A DNA stretch of 64,000 bases from Somniosus microcephalus (taxonomy: Eukaryota). The stretch is taken from the NCBI GenBank assembly GCA_052327205.1, contig CM126207.1, positions 51,770,001 through 51,834,000 on the forward strand, given 5' to 3'. The translations under genes and the position numbers were made by a program. Shown piece after piece: positions 24,569-37,829 of this stretch (positions within the stretch are counted from its first letter, which is position 1; each line of letters starts with the position of its first letter). The notes under the pieces are model-generated. The model was not told where the DNA came from, did no database searches, and saw nothing but the letters and a program-made list of their open reading frames with translations.

Positions 24569-25904
24569 GTGCGTATGCAGTATATTTTCACTTCTTAAAC
24601 CTCCATAGACTGCAGCGAGTTCAAGGAGAAAGCCTGCCACCGTCTTGGGATGGGCAATAAATGCAGCCTTGCCAGCATCTTCCATATCCTAAGAGCAAAT
24701 TTTTTTTAAATTGACAAGTGGCCCTCTTAATACTTTTACCTGGTGGGAGATTTGCAGGCTTGAGCCGAGCCATGCAATCATATATCTAATACTGACGTCT
24801 CAATGTAATGTTAGAGGATGCTGTGCAGTTAGAGGCACCATGTTTGAATAGCACCTTTCTAGATCCATTGAGTAACTAGGAAGCCATTCAGCCCATTGTG
24901 CTTGTGGCAGTGTTAGCTCGTCAACCGAAGCTATACACTAATCCTATTTGCCTGACCTTGGTCTAATTCTTTTTATGTTTTTCCTTTTCAAATACTTACT
25001 AAATCCCCTTTTAACTATTGCTATCTCTGCCTCAATAGCCATTTGTGGTAAAGAATCACATTTTAATAACCTTTGGTGTGAAAGAATATTCTAATTAACT
25101 TCTCCCTTCATTTTTCGGGATAATTCCGAGATTATACCCCATTTTTCGTGCTAATTCCGAGATTATACCCCATTGTTCCGATTGCAAAGAACTGAAGAGA
25201 ATGGAACCATAATTTCATCAGTTTTCCCTCCTACATAACTACCTTATTTTAGAACCAAAATTCAAAAGCAATTCTGTGGTCACATTGGCATGGTTTTACC
25301 ACAAGCTGTGATTGTAGTTTTTGTTGCAATAAAACTATATCTATGTTGTTACTAAATAATGGAGCCTTCAAAGTCCATCACATTTTAAAGTGCATTCTAC
25401 CAAATATTTAAATGTGATAATGGAAGAAGTTTTGCATCTATCAGTGTATCTACTTTTTTCTAGTGTTTCTGACTTTGTAAAATGCTGGTTGCAGTCGATA
25501 TGAAAGAAAAGCGCAATCTTTTGCTGTGCTGTCATAAAATGAGCATTTATTGTTACACTATTTACTAGTCAAGCTCCTGTGAGTTAGGAATTTGAAGATT
25601 ACTAACTTCTGCATGTCAATATTATTTTATTCACAAATGTCTCAAATTTGAATGCAAATTATAGTGGATTAAGCATCATTTGTTATGAAAGAGATAGAGA
25701 GCGTGACTGTTAATGTTTTTAGTTACTGTCATTTTATGAAGACAAATGTTTCTTCATAAGTGAATCATTCCAGGTATAGTCATTTTTAGTTTGTTTTGGC
25801 AGACTTGGTCTTGCAATTACTACTACAATAACTTGCACTTGTGCTTTAACATGGTGAAACATCCAAAATAACCAAGGACACTGAGCAGGAGGGTGAGGAG
25901 AGAT

Positions 25905-26175
25905 GACATAGGAACAAGAGTAGGCTGTTCAGTCCTTGTAGCCTGCTTCACCATTCAATTAAATCATGGCTGATCTGTACCTCCAACGCCATTTACCTGC
26001 CTTTGATCCATACTCCTTGATACCCTTACCTAATAAAAATCTGTCAGTCTCGGTCTTGAAAATTTCAGTCGACCCAGCACCCACGGCCTTTTGGGGGAGA
26101 GAATTCCAGATTTCCACTACCCTTTGTGTGGAAAAAGTGCTTGCTACTTTCACTCGTGAATGGTTCTAATTTTAA
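25905..26175 (-). mobile_element. CR1 3' fragment
   Basis: ORF 25959..26153 has TQRVVEIWNSLPQKAV, followed by the CR1 tail. Confidence 0.85.
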
Positions 26176-26474
26176 GAGGTGGAGACATGACGACTGAAGG
26201 CCCTGCCATTGATTGAGTGGAGGGTTGGGAATGCTCAGAAGGCCAGTTTGGTGAGATGGTAGAAGAGCAACAGAGTGCTGTGGAGGCAGGCATGGCAAGA
26301 AGAGGCAGAGAAGCTACTATGGTTCAAAAATATATATGTTTCTGTGTGATGCCACTTCTACCACATTCAGGTTAGATAAGTGACCGTTTGCCGTTTAAAA
26401 TCCATGCTGTTATGAGATTACATGGAACTTCTTTTGAAAGAAAGAAAAAATAGTAAACTTGTTTGCTTCTCCAG

Positions 26475-26683
26475 AAATTAGATAGAAGATCTTCCCCTTC
26501 TACCAGCAGCCTGGACTCTGGGAGTGAATTGAAGGAGCGACCAGTGAAAGGAGAAAGCGCACTTCAGCGCGTGGAGTGCATTGCTGGCAATACGAATTGC
26601 TGTGACTGCGGCCAGGCAGACCCACGTTGGGCAAGCATTAACCTTGGAATCACACTATGCATTGAATGTTCAGGAATTCACAG
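26475..26683 (+). CDS. ACAP2: ACAP2 exon, ArfGAP zinc finger (KLDRRSSP...[29 protein letters not shown])
   Basis: ccag|AAA ... AG|gtatta, 209 nt; ArfGAP signature CxxC-x16-CxxC-x4-R with the arginine finger. Confidence 0.97.
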
Positions 26684-27116
26684 GTATTAACATGAAAAAG
26701 ATTATAAGTTATGCTAGATTGAAAAATATTTGTGTGTATTCACCTATTTGATACTAATTGGGCTCAGTATTCAGTACTGTTGCTGCTTTTCACTGAAGCT
26801 GGATGAACAGCTTACAGGTAACTTGAAATCTTTGCTATGATTCTAATTTTGGTAGGGTGCTGGGCTCTCAATTGGAGGACAAAATACATTCAAAACTTGA
26901 GACTTGATTCTGCTCAATTGGGGAGGTTTGCAAAAGAAGATGACTAAATATGAAAAAACTACAAGAACAGAAAGATTAGCTGGACTATTACTGATTGACC
27001 ACAAGCATAATTTATTGCTGCATTGTTGAGCTTCAGTACCTTGCAGAAGTTTATCTAGTGATGAATGCCTGCATTATTTGTGTTGTACCCTGTATTAGTT
27101 TATTTTCTGTGTTTAG

Positions 27117-27186
27117 AAGTCTAGGTGTCCATTTTTCTAAGGTGCGTTCTCTTACTCTGGATTCATGGGAACCTGAGCTCTTAAAA
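27117..27186 (+). CDS. ACAP2: ACAP2 exon (SLGVHFSKVRSLTLDSWEPELLK)
   Basis: ttag|A ... AAA|gtgagt, 70 nt. Confidence 0.96.
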
Positions 27187-27679
27187 GTGAGTTTAGCCTC
27201 TTTATATATATTTTTTAAATCGCACTTTGTATGATGGTGTTCTATTACAATTTCATTTAATGGATTAGTTTTGCCAATGAAGAGATATATATCTCATCAC
27301 TAAAACCATATTTGTGTAAATTAATGTAGAGCGAATAGTATTACACATCAAAACAGTCAAATTTTCCATAATTTCTGCCCTTGCAACATCCAAAATATTT
27401 AATTTAGACCCCCCCACTTTAGAACAATTGCAGTTGAGGTGGTGAGGTCTGATTATAATAGTATAATGATGACATTAGTTTTAAGTGGATCTTGCAGTAT
27501 AGAAATTAATTTTAGAAGAGATACAGTTCCCTTGGCATGTTGGAAGATTTGAATCAGCAAATAAGAATTTAATCATGCTGCTAGAACAACAATTTTACTA
27601 TGGGGGGGCTACCAATGTATTTTGTATTCCTTAAAAGTGAAGCTTAAGCTGAAATCTGTATTCTCATTTTGTTTGGCAG

Positions 27680-27774
27680 CTTATGTGTGCATTGGGAAAT
27701 AGCGTTATAAATAGAATATATGAGGCACAGGTGGAAGAAATGCATTTTAAAAAGCCAAATGCAGGAGACTCGAG
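27680..27774 (+). CDS. ACAP2: ACAP2 exon (LMCALGNSVINRIYEAQVEEMHFKKPNAGDSR)
   Basis: gcag|CTT ... AG|gtaaat, 95 nt. Confidence 0.95.
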
Positions 27775-28375
27775 GTAAATAATGAAACTTATTTCTAAGT
27801 CGATTTCTATTGGACAAAACTTTTGGCGAAGGTTCAAAAGTGTCAGCTTGGCTCAATAGATTTTAAACCGTGGTTCAATCTGCCTGTTCTGATGGATGTT
27901 AAAGATCTAACTGGTCATTCATTTCATTTCAGGCAGTTTTGCACACGGCATACTCAGTCATTGTATTCAAAGTCATTCATTTTATGTGAAGCACAGCAAG
28001 ATATTTCTGAGGGATGTGATGAGATGCTCTATATAAATGCAAGACTTTCTTCCAATGTTGATGTAGATTATTGTTCAAAAATATATAATTTAACTGCTAC
28101 TCGGAGTAAACATAATTTACTAGGATAACGGGTAGTTTTAGATGTAGATTAAATTATATGATTTTTATAATTATAATGTAAAATGGATGTTAATTTTCAG
28201 ATGCAAAACTTGTAAAATATCAAATAGAAACTAGCATCTGATAAGGTACTAATAAATTATTAGATTGTGCCTTGCATTTCACACAGCATATAATCACACT
28301 CTAACTTGTTGCTTTTAAAATGTGAGAAATTCCGAGCTTTCTAACTTTCAAATGTATTTCATGCACTACTGTTAG

Positions 28376-28554
28376 GCTCGAGAAGGAAACTTGGATCAAA
28401 GCTAAGTATGTTGAGAAGAAGTTTATAAAACCCCATAGATTTTCTTCATCAAAAGAAAGACCAAAGATGTTATCACTGCCCAATCAACTTGAGGGCGTAC
28501 GTGAAAAATCATCCAAATCTCTTTCTGTACCAGGGAGCACTTCCAAAATTCCAG
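28376..28554 (+). CDS. ACAP2: ACAP2 exon, ArfGAP end plus linker (LEKETWIKAKYVEKKFI...SKIP)
   Basis: ttag|G ... CCAG|gtaata, 179 nt, phase 2-1. Confidence 0.92.
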
Positions 28555-28908
28555 GTAATACCCTATCTGTGATGTAGCATGTGGAAATAGAACAAGAACT
28601 ACCAATGAGTGATTGAAAAAATAAATCATTATTAATTGAATTGTGTATAAAACAAAGATGCAAAACATAGTTCTGCCATCCATTAATTTTTTTAGACCAG
28701 TGGCCAACAACCATGTCTTTTTCACCTGCAGTAAAGAATTCATAAATATATTAAGTCTACCAAAGTCAGTAATTCACTTCAAACTATTACTAACTAACAA
28801 TCTATCTTTCAATGTTCTTGTATTTTTCTTTGAATTTCTCAAAAACAATTTCCTCTGTTTTCCTCTGTTTCAATGGCTGCTTTGCTTTGCTAACATGCAT
28901 GTAACCAG

Positions 28909-29010
28909 CTGCTGTTAGTAACACTGAGCCACGTCGGGAGTCTCTCTTCTGCCCAGATGAGCTAGACTCGCTATTCTCCTACTTTGACACCTCTTCAAAA
29001 TCTAATAGTA
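28909..29010 (+). CDS. ACAP2: ACAP2 symmetric cassette exon (AAVSNTEPRRESLFCPDELDSLFSYFDTSSKSNS)
   Basis: ccag|CT ... A|gtaagt, 102 nt, phase 1-1. The SLFCPDELDSLFSYFD motif is recalled from ACAP3. Confidence 0.85.
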
Positions 29011-29832
29011 GTAAGTACTGCACATATGGAGCTTCTCGGTGCCTGTGCTACTAAATTCATCCACTGCTTGATTCCACTTTATAGGTGCATATGTGTGTTT
29101 CTTTTGTGCTTTTGACCTCCCAAAGCATTTTAAAACATTATTTGTTCAAGTCGCATTTTCCATCATGCATTTGATTTTCCCCTTTGTATTTGTAGTCAGT
29201 GTATTTCATTGTTAACCATATTGGATATTGCAGTAAGAGTAGAAACGTGAACTGATGCATTTTGTAGCAGTATCTGTGAAATGTTGGGATGTTTGATTTT
29301 AAATTCTGGTGTGTTCTCATTTGTGATTTTGTTTTTCATCAGTGTAAACCTTATCAATATGAAGGAGCATTCTATGTTTGTGCATTCATTTTTACATTAG
29401 TAAAATATTGTAGCACCAAAAAGGTAGTGTCAGTTTCTTTTGTGTTTATAGATCCCCAGGGAACGCAGGAACAAAATTAAATAAAGTTAAACTTAGTTTT
29501 ATTTAAAAGCATTCAGAATACAGTACTTGTGTTCTGTTCTATTCTGATTGTATGTTTGTTATGATAACATTGGGCTGTTAGGTAAATGAATAACAATTTG
29601 CATTGAATATGGTTTAAAGCCTACTTTCTGTAGACTGATTAAACGCTCCTTTGTTATATCAAATAAGTCTATTAATCAAGAATATGACTGCTTGATGCTA
29701 AATATTCCACCACCTTTTTGTTCAGAAAGTATTAATCATATTCATAGAAATCTTGTTATATCAACTAAAACTGGAAAAATTATAATAGGTTTGACATGAG
29801 GCAATCTTGTTTAACTTGTCTGTTTCTTTAAG

Positions 29833-29928
29833 GAGTAAAAAATTCAGACAGTGGTGTGCCGAATAGCTCTGAGGGCAGCAAGGATGTGGTAATGTCGGTG
29901 ACCTCCAATAGCAGCTTACCTGAACCAG
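29833..29928 (+). CDS. ACAP2: ACAP2 linker exon (VKNSDSGVPNSSEGSKDVVMSVTSNSSLPEP)
   Basis: taag|GA ... CCAG|gttggt, 96 nt, phase 1-1; resembles human VRSNDSG...SLYEP. Confidence 0.85.
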
Positions 29929-30249
29929 GTTGGTAAGATTGGCCAAGGTGAATAATAGTCGCAAAAATTAATAAGTTTACATATAGATGTATATCCATCT
30001 TGTGTTCTCCTACACTTTACATGCATATTCTACTAACCATAATGCAATTCATTCTAACCTGAACTTTGGTCATCAAATCTACAATCTGTCTCTGATCTGA
30101 GTATTTTGAGTAGAATCAGAAATGTGTGTCGAATGCTATAATATATTTAGAATACTGTGTTACTAGCTCCAAGATTAAGTATCTGTAACTGTATAACCTT
30201 TGATCACAGTCAATGAAAGTTATGCTAAAGTTGTTTTTTGCTTCCTTAG

Positions 30250-30461
30250 AAATTTTGGAAGCATCTATTATAGAGGGAGGCAGTAGGGAGTCATCTGTCT
30301 TCCATGAAGAGAAAATTATTCCTGCAGGATTACAGTTATATAACGCTGCACATGTTCGAAGTCTTCCAGATATGGCAGAAGCATTAGCCCATGGAGCTGA
30401 TTTGAACTGGGTTCATGCGGAAGATAATAAAGCAACTCCTCTTATTCAGGCTGTGCTGGGG
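30250..30461 (+). CDS. ACAP2: ACAP2 exon, ankyrin start (..GLQLYNAAHVRSLPDMAEALAHGADLNWVHAEDNKATPLIQAVLG)
   Basis: ttag|AA ... GGG|gtaggt; an alternative in-frame acceptor gives a start at 30274. Confidence 0.9.
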
Positions 30462-31466
30462 GTAGGTTCGCTGTTAGCTTCCCCCCCCCCCCCCCCCCTT
30501 CCCCATTTAGGGAACAGGAAATACTGTGGTTTAGTTAGAATCTGAGAGCAGAAAATCAAAGTGCAAGAGATAAAGTAACTTCGATTCCAACCAGAAGGTC
30601 ACAGGTCAAGCTCATCCATCCACCTCAGTCTACTTTTCAACTTGGCTTTTTGGTGGAGCAACTCACTTTCAAATGTTCACTTCAGGCAGGGAATACTGAC
30701 ATTTCCCTTTCTCCAATTAAATAATATTTCGGGCCAGTTGACCATGGAAAAATATTGGTGGAAACATCTGCAGCCTTGATTATTTTGCTTTCCTAAATGA
30801 AGGTGATTTGGCAGTAGCAAAAAAATTAGGGAAGAAAAAAATGAATTGACCAAATAGGAGGGACCAAAAAATTATAGGAATGTTAGGACTTGTGTATCAT
30901 TACCCATAATGTAACCAGCAATGTATTACACTGGTTGGGAATGATGTGCTGAACCCCAAAAGTGAAGCTTGGTTATCAACATCCTCTGATCCCTGAGATT
31001 TATTACTGCCTGGTTACACACTCTTGTTACACACATTTAAGTGTACCTCTTCATAAGGTGTACTGTTTAATTTTTTAAAATAATTTCTAAATAACCATGT
31101 TCCAAGTCAATGGCATGCTCTCATGATTGTATCACTTGCTTCACAGTGATAGTTCTATTTCAAGGCATGGCACAGGGAAATAAAATTTGTGTATGTCATA
31201 ATAAAATAAACCACATGGCTATAATTTACTTTTGTCGCAAACCTTTATTTTTCCTTTTTCTTCATCTCACTTTAATGCTTTTTCTCCCCTTTTTTTCTCG
31301 CTGCTTCTGTTTTCCTCCTTCCACTGTCCTGTTCTGGGTATTTTTCCTTCACCTACATGTGTTCTTCATTCTTTCCTTCTCTTCTGTGTACTGTTTATTA
31401 ATTAATGTTTTAGTTCACTTTTACCTGTGCTAAGTTTGGATCTTGAAGTTGTATTTTTTATCACAG

Positions 31467-31576
31467 GGCTCTTTGGTTGCCTGCGAATTTCTGCTGCAGA
31501 ATGGAGCAGATGTAAACCACAGAGACTGTCATGGCAGAGGGCCACTACATCATGCCACCATCTTGGGGCATACTGG
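31467..31576 (+). CDS. ACAP2: ACAP2 ankyrin exon (GSLVACEFLLQNGADVNHRDCHGRGPLHHATILGHTG)
   Basis: acag|GGC ... GG|gtaaga, 110 nt. Confidence 0.96.
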
Positions 31577-32499
31577 GTAAGAAACTGGTTTACCTTCACT
31601 AGTGTATGATATGTTTGTTTCTCTCTCTCTCTAATATACTGCAATAAACTGGTTGGTGCTTTAAGGCCCCTTTTATGTTTTCTTGCAGAAACATGCCTCA
31701 GGATTATTAAATACTTTAAGAGCCTTCAAAAAAATATATAATTCAGGGACAATTCTGGGTAAAACTTAATGGGCAAATCTGTAAGTGTATATATCCTAAC
31801 TTAACTTTTATAATTATTGGAAGTTTAATAGATCAACCTCCCTTTCAGTTTTCAAAGGACATTGTTACTGAACTGGTGGGGAAAATGACACAAGACCTGA
31901 CCACTGCATTAAAAGTAATTTTAGAAAGATCAAGCAAATGAGTGAGTGCCAAAACAGTGAATTCTGGACCCCTACTGTTCACACTGTTGATGAGCAGTAT
32001 GAAGGATGGTACTTGTGCAATATTAAAATCTTATGATACCAGAAAAATGAATATATAAAAACACGAGGCATCAAAATAAATGGGCACAGGCTAAAGAATT
32101 GCTTTACTTGTGGGTAAATGGAAGATTATGCACACAAACAAGAAGGATGATGAAGGGGTTCAATTTTTAAATGGCCCTCATTAATTGCCTCACGTTACAG
32201 GGTGGGGCCATTAATAATTTAGAGAGAGATTCACCAAGCCTAATTGATATCACCAAAGCTGTAGAGTCTGTAAAATTATACCAAAGGTACAATGCATTAC
32301 GCTGAATGGGCCCTCAAGCTGCAATAAGTCAGTGTAGTATGCATGGCCAGAAGAGTATGGAGATTAGCCTCAGTGGGAGTTCAGCTTTGCTGTGCTGTTG
32401 GATAAGAATTTATTTTCTATAATTAATAATTGTCTGAAGTGAGTAAGAAGGTTCTAATTTTTGTGAAATTTTATGAGTTCAGACAAACACATGGTGGGT

Positions 32500-32945
32500 G
32501 ACTTGGCAATGGTGTCACTGTTGAAGATCAGGTGGTGAGGCTTTTCTTGTTGGAGATGCTCATTACCTGAAGCTTTTGTGGCGCGAAGGTTACCTGCTAC
32601 TTGTCAGCCGCATCTGGATGTTGTCCAGGTCCTTGGCTGGCTTGGGCTACTTTATTCGCAGAGGAGTTGTGAATGGAGCTGAACACTGTAAAATCACCTA
32701 ACCTTACGATGGAGGGTAGGTCACTGGTGAAGCAGCTGAAGGTGGTTGGGTCATGGACACTTCCCTGAGAAACTCCTGCAGTGATGTTCTTGGGCTGTGA
32801 TGATTGGCCTTTAACTCAACCACAACCATCTTTGTGTTCAGTATAGCTCCAGCCACTGGAAGATTTTTCTGTTGACCCCTATTGACCTCAGTTTTGCTAG
32901 GGCTCCTTGGTGCTGTTTTCAGTCAAAAGCTGCCTTGATGTCTTA
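32500..32945 (-). mobile_element. Decayed fragment of the CR1-clade LINE family
   Basis: Colinear with about 10990-11475 (gaagcagctgaaggtggttggg, aactcctgcag, gctgccttgatgtc). Confidence 0.75.
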
Positions 32946-33735
32946 TGGTTATGGAGAATGAGCGGCCTTTACAAATTTCCCTGGGCATGCCAATAGCTAC
33001 ACCTGTTAAGCCAAAAATGTCCATTTACTCCTACTCTGCTTTTTATCCTTCAGCCACCTTCTTTCCAGCTGAGTAATTTCCTTAGAATTTGATTAATGAC
33101 CTGCCCTGTGTTGACTAGCCCATATCTAAGTGCTTAATAATGTTATCCCTTATGGCTGCTAGCAGTTTATAGTTACCTGTAACATTCATCACCCTCCAGT
33201 CCTTTGATAATTTTCTAAAAATGCTTTGGAAATAATTTATGGTAATGAAGTAAAATGCTTTGTAGAACATGACAGTACATGAACTGGTAGGACCATGGAA
33301 ATATGTTAAGGAAAGCAACCAGTAAAGGATGAACGAAGTAAAATAATACAGTTGTGTAGATGCTTTGGAACCTTGCTTGATTTATTTGGGGGGTGGGTGG
33401 GTGCAGAAAGAAACTTTGTAGAACATTTTCTCTCTGTTAAAAGGGTTGGTGGAGTTGATAATTTAGAGCCTCTAGATATTCCCTACCCTATGAAAAGGCA
33501 CCTGTCCTCCACTGTGTACCTCTCCAAAATGGCACTGCTGAAATAAGGAGCAGGGAGATAACATCTGCACTTCACCATTATCCTTGTTGTATCCTTGTGC
33601 TGCTTTGATTTGAAAAAATTGAATAATAAAGTAAAATATGTATTGTTCCAGTGTGAAATGCTCTTCAGTTCTGTTTAGAAAATTCAGTGCCTTTAATTTG
33701 TAACAAAACTATTGTACTTTGCTTCTTTACCTTAG

Positions 33736-33846
33736 GCAAGTGTGTTTATTTCTGAAGCGAGGAGCTGATCAAGGTGCATTAGATGAAGCAAGGAAGGACC
33801 CACTCACCATTGCTGTAGAGGCTGCAAATGCAGATATAGTTACATT
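33736..33846 (+). CDS. ACAP2: ACAP2 ankyrin exon (QVCLFLKRGADQGALDEARKDPLTIAVEAANADIVTL)
   Basis: ttag|G ... TT|gtgcgt, 111 nt. Confidence 0.95.
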
Positions 33847-33914
33847 GTGCGTATCACTATATTTATAGTGTTTATTCTTTATACACGGTTTTCATTCTGT
33901 TTGTTTTGGAATGA

Positions 33915-34380
33915 GGAACATGGGAACAAGAGTAAGCCATTCAGTCTCTTGAGCCTGTTCCGCCATTCATTGAGATCATGGCTGATCTGTGCCCTAACTC
34001 CATTTACCCGCCTTGGCTCGATATCCCTTAATATCCTTGGCTGGCAAAAATCTATCAATCTCCGAATTAAACTTATTAATTGAGCTAGCATGTACTGCTT
34101 TTTGTGGGAGAGTGTTCCACACTTCTACCACCCTTTGCATGGCGAAGTGTTTCCTAACTTCTCCCCTGAATGGTCTGGCTCTGATTTTAAGGTTATAATT
34201 CCTTGTCCTAGACTCCCCCACCAGCAGAAAATGTTTCTCTCTATCTACCCTATCAGTTCCTTTCAAAATCCAAAAACCGCAATCAAATCACCCTTTAACC
34301 TTCTATATATTAGGCCTAATTTACATAATCTCGCCTCATAATTTAACCCTTGGAGCCTTGGTAACATTCTGGTGAAATTC
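33915..34380 (-). mobile_element. CR1 3' fragment
   Basis: ORF 33994..34266 has VGESRTR...QRVVEVWNTLPQKAV, followed by the CR1 tail. Confidence 0.85.
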
Positions 34381-37223
34381 TTGCAGATTGTAGAGGCAAA
34401 GTCCAAGGATGTACTTTTTGTTCATGCTACTACTGTTTCATATGTAGAGTAAAATAATAAATTCATCAGAATCTTCTTGGATGTTTTACTAAAATACATC
34501 AATTGTCTTATCAGTATGGAGACTTCAAGTTGGATCTTCCTCCCTGATTGGCCATTCTGGGGATATTGCTGACTTTGCATTATTTAGGAACTATAGGAAA
34601 CCAGGAGCACTATAACTTCATACTGGTCAGAAAACTGCTATGAAGCCACATGTTTTCTCAGCCAATAATGTGGTTTCACAGGGCTCCAGATTGTCCCTTT
34701 GACAGGTTAAAGGCTGTTTGCAATTGAGCCACTTGTAGAGATGGAGATCAAACTCCAGGCTCTGCATGCTGGAAAAAAAATCAAACCGGATTCCTGTGAG
34801 ATTCTGTAGATCAAAAGTGCTCTGCTTAGACTCCCCTTTAACTAGTCTCTGGGGAAAAAAAAAATATTAGCTTGGTAATACTGCAGAACCAGAAAAACTT
34901 GTAAACGATATTTGTGATATATGTCTTGTAACAACTTAATCTTTCAACGCAGCACCTCCCTTTTTAATTCAAGATTTGATCAGACAATTGAAACTTTTAT
35001 TTTGACCATAGAATTCAACATGTAGATTTAAACCAGAGGTGGCCAATTTATGTTGTGAGCCACATGTGGCTCCTTGTGGCTAAAGTGTGCTTCTTTGCTT
35101 AGCCACAGCCACTGATATACTGGCAAAGGAGAAAACCAGAAGGAACACTGCCACTTTTGTCAAAATCACAAACCATCAGTTCAAATCTGCATTAGAAGAC
35201 AAGCCAGATCCACTGCTGGATTACCACTAGATCATTCGCAATAATGGACTTCAGACACTAAATTTTTTCAGTAGAATAGGGAACCATCACCGTACCCAGC
35301 AGATCCTGAGAATTGCATACAAAGCATTTTACTTGATAATCTCCATGATGTGCTTTGGGTTGCTTTTCTAAGTTAAAGCTACTATTTAAATGCAAGTTGT
35401 TGATCTACAAAGTACTGATTGAAGAGTGACCTGAGTGTGAGACTGGAAGACATACAGAATCTCAGGTACTCAATAAACTCAGCTGGAATCTTTCTCTGGT
35501 GGCTCTTGATTCCCTGCACTGAAGAACAGTGATTTCAGAGAACAAGTTACTACATCTTCTAAATTTCAAGTCAATATTGAGCACTGAACAGAAATGACTT
35601 TGAAATGTCCATCATCTTCAAGTTGGATTATTTAACCTACCAGAATAAGTGATGGCTGAGGTTCTGTTGTAGACGTCAGAGCTGGGCTGTAGTCCTCAAT
35701 GGATTATCTGTGCCTTCTCTCTCTTTCCTCTTGTAGGATCATTCACAAGATACAGGTAGAGGAAATTTCACACCTTCAACATGATCTCTGGAAGTTTAAC
35801 TCACAATGCTAGGTTGTGTTGCTAAATTATATTTGCTTTTTTGATTCCTGCCTCATACTGTTTAGACATGATGAGCGCCAAAACAGCATCAAGACAACTA
35901 ACGCCCATGGGTCTCTTCAGATTCCCTCTTCACAGCTTCTGTTCCACACTTGTAGCATGAATGCCTCCAATTTATCTTATCTGTATTGAATTCCCATTTG
36001 CAACTGATCAGCTCAGGTACAAACCCTGTGTCAAGCTCTGTGTGTAAGGCCTTCGCCCACAGTCTAATTTAGCTTGGATTTTGTGAATTTAACTGCCTTG
36101 CATTGAGACTGCATTTTTAAAGGAATTTTTCATACAATATTTTATCATATCTGGTACTTTACAAAAGGCATTTTGAAAGTCTAGGTACACTCCTCATATA
36201 GCGAGCCCACCCCCCCCCGCCGCCTTTCCTGTCAATTTGGGATGCCATTTCAAAAAAAGTCCAAGATTGGTCAGCAAATCTTTATCTTTTCAGGCACCAT
36301 CAGCTGTCACTTTTTATGTGATTTTCATACAGGTATTCTTCCATTTTGTTTCTGATTACTTGTTATTGTCAATTAAGGTTCTGTTGCCCTTTAAATTGGC
36401 AATTACATTTGCCTGTTACTATCCTGTCTAAACCTCCCTTGTGTTTATTGATTTCCTCAAAATGACTCAGTGCCTCATAAATCGGCTCCCTTGCCACTAA
36501 TTGCCTTGGGGCATAGTTCATCCATCGCAGAGATTTATTTGTAAATTGGGTCTTGAAAGTACCAGACTTTCCAAGCAGAGTTTCCTGCTCTCTTTGAAAC
36601 ACTCCTCGCTTCTGAGAAACCTTCAACCCTGATGGTTTGAAATATGAATTGAACAGATTTGCCCTCTGGTGGAGAAAGAGTAGATGTAAACCACTGGGAT
36701 GAAACATTTCAGCTGTTGTAGCTGAAAACTTTTTTCGGTAGTTTCTTATTTTTTGAAAGAAGTTTGACATTCACGTTCAAAGTCTCCCCCACCCTCAATC
36801 TACCCTTCTTTCTCATATCCTACTGTTAGGCCCTGTTAGATGGGGTTTTTATAAGCTAATATTGCTTGTCATTTGAGGTCTCCGTTGCTTTCTCTGGTTA
36901 AAGAAGTGAAGATATAATCCAGAATGAGATCTTCCATATAATAGTGGGGGAGAAATCATCTGACAAATGACGAGTCATAAAAAGATAATGACCATACCTA
37001 CAGTAGATAGTTGAGCAATTGTTCTCATTTATCGTAGTATGTTAAATGTCATCAAAATTGGAGAATTTTTTTGTTGTACAGGTATACGTATTTCCAAAAG
37101 GTACATTTTATTGTCACCAAACAAAATACCAGAAATAATTTTGAGGTGCTATTGATGTTTGGTCCTATCTCATCTCATTTCACTACACTGCTCAGCAAGT
37201 TAATGTACTTTTTGTTTTCACAG

Positions 37224-37282
37224 ATTACGTCTAGCAAAGATGAATGATGAGATGCGAGAATCTGAAGGCCTTGGACAGTCAG
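37224..37282 (+). CDS. ACAP2: ACAP2 penultimate coding exon (LRLAKMNDEMRESEGLGQS)
   Basis: acag|A ... TCAG|gtcaat; the phase-1 donor matches the acceptor at 43819. Confidence 0.92.
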
Positions 37283-37368
37283 GTCAATATTCCAATAACA
37301 GTCATACAGAGATGCAATATAAAAAATGCATGCAGGAATTTATTAGCTTGCAACTAGAAGATTCTTGA
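37283..37368 (+). CDS. ACAP2: ACAP2 read-through alternative C-terminus (GQYSNNSHTEMQYKKCMQEFISLQLEDS*)
   Basis: The frame stays open past the weak donor to TGA at 37366-37368. The peptide resembles the recalled ACAP3 end TELQFRRCIQEFISLHLEES. Confidence 0.8.
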
Positions 37369-37829
37369 GCCTTGTTAAAATTAAAGGGTTATATTAACAT
37401 CTACTGTGAGGGGCCGGGGGAAGGAATGGGAGCCTCATGACCTTGTCATTTGGCAGGTGATGCCGTACTTAAATTGATGTATTTCACCCAATTGTAGGAC
37501 CAATATTTTGACCAGCTAAATCTCAAGAAATGGAGTATCTCTTAATCAGAAAAAAGTAGATACCAAAGTTATTTGGCAAATATAAGCAATGCACCCCAAA
37601 AGTTTAAAACATTCAGTATTTACTTAAGAGCTGGGTTCCTTTAGTTATATTTTCCAGAAGATTTTGATCTTCGACATTGCATAGCTTGAACTTTTAGTAA
37701 AAATTAGGTGATACTTAATAAAGTATTGAAATTGAGAGATAGTGAATGTTATTGCTCTGTTGAGTCAGAAATTGACTTTAAAAGGTAAAAATAGGACATT
37801 AAAGGAAATTATTTATGGAGTGATGAGTT

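Noticed and set aside
25120-25175. Direct repeat taattccgagattataccccatt x2 (CRISPR-like spacing)
   Set aside because: A simple two-unit tandem duplication in a eukaryotic intron; similar local duplications occur at about 1455-1495, 6570-6620 and 54315-54365.
29401-29423. Possible microexon ttag|TAAAATATTGTAGCACCAAAAAG|gtagtg
   Set aside because: 23 nt is not frame-preserving, the donor is weak, and there is no recognisable homology.
35025-35520. Possible hAT-like MITE (cagaggtggccaa...gagccacatgtggctc)
   Set aside because: I could not identify a right TIR or an 8-bp TSD.
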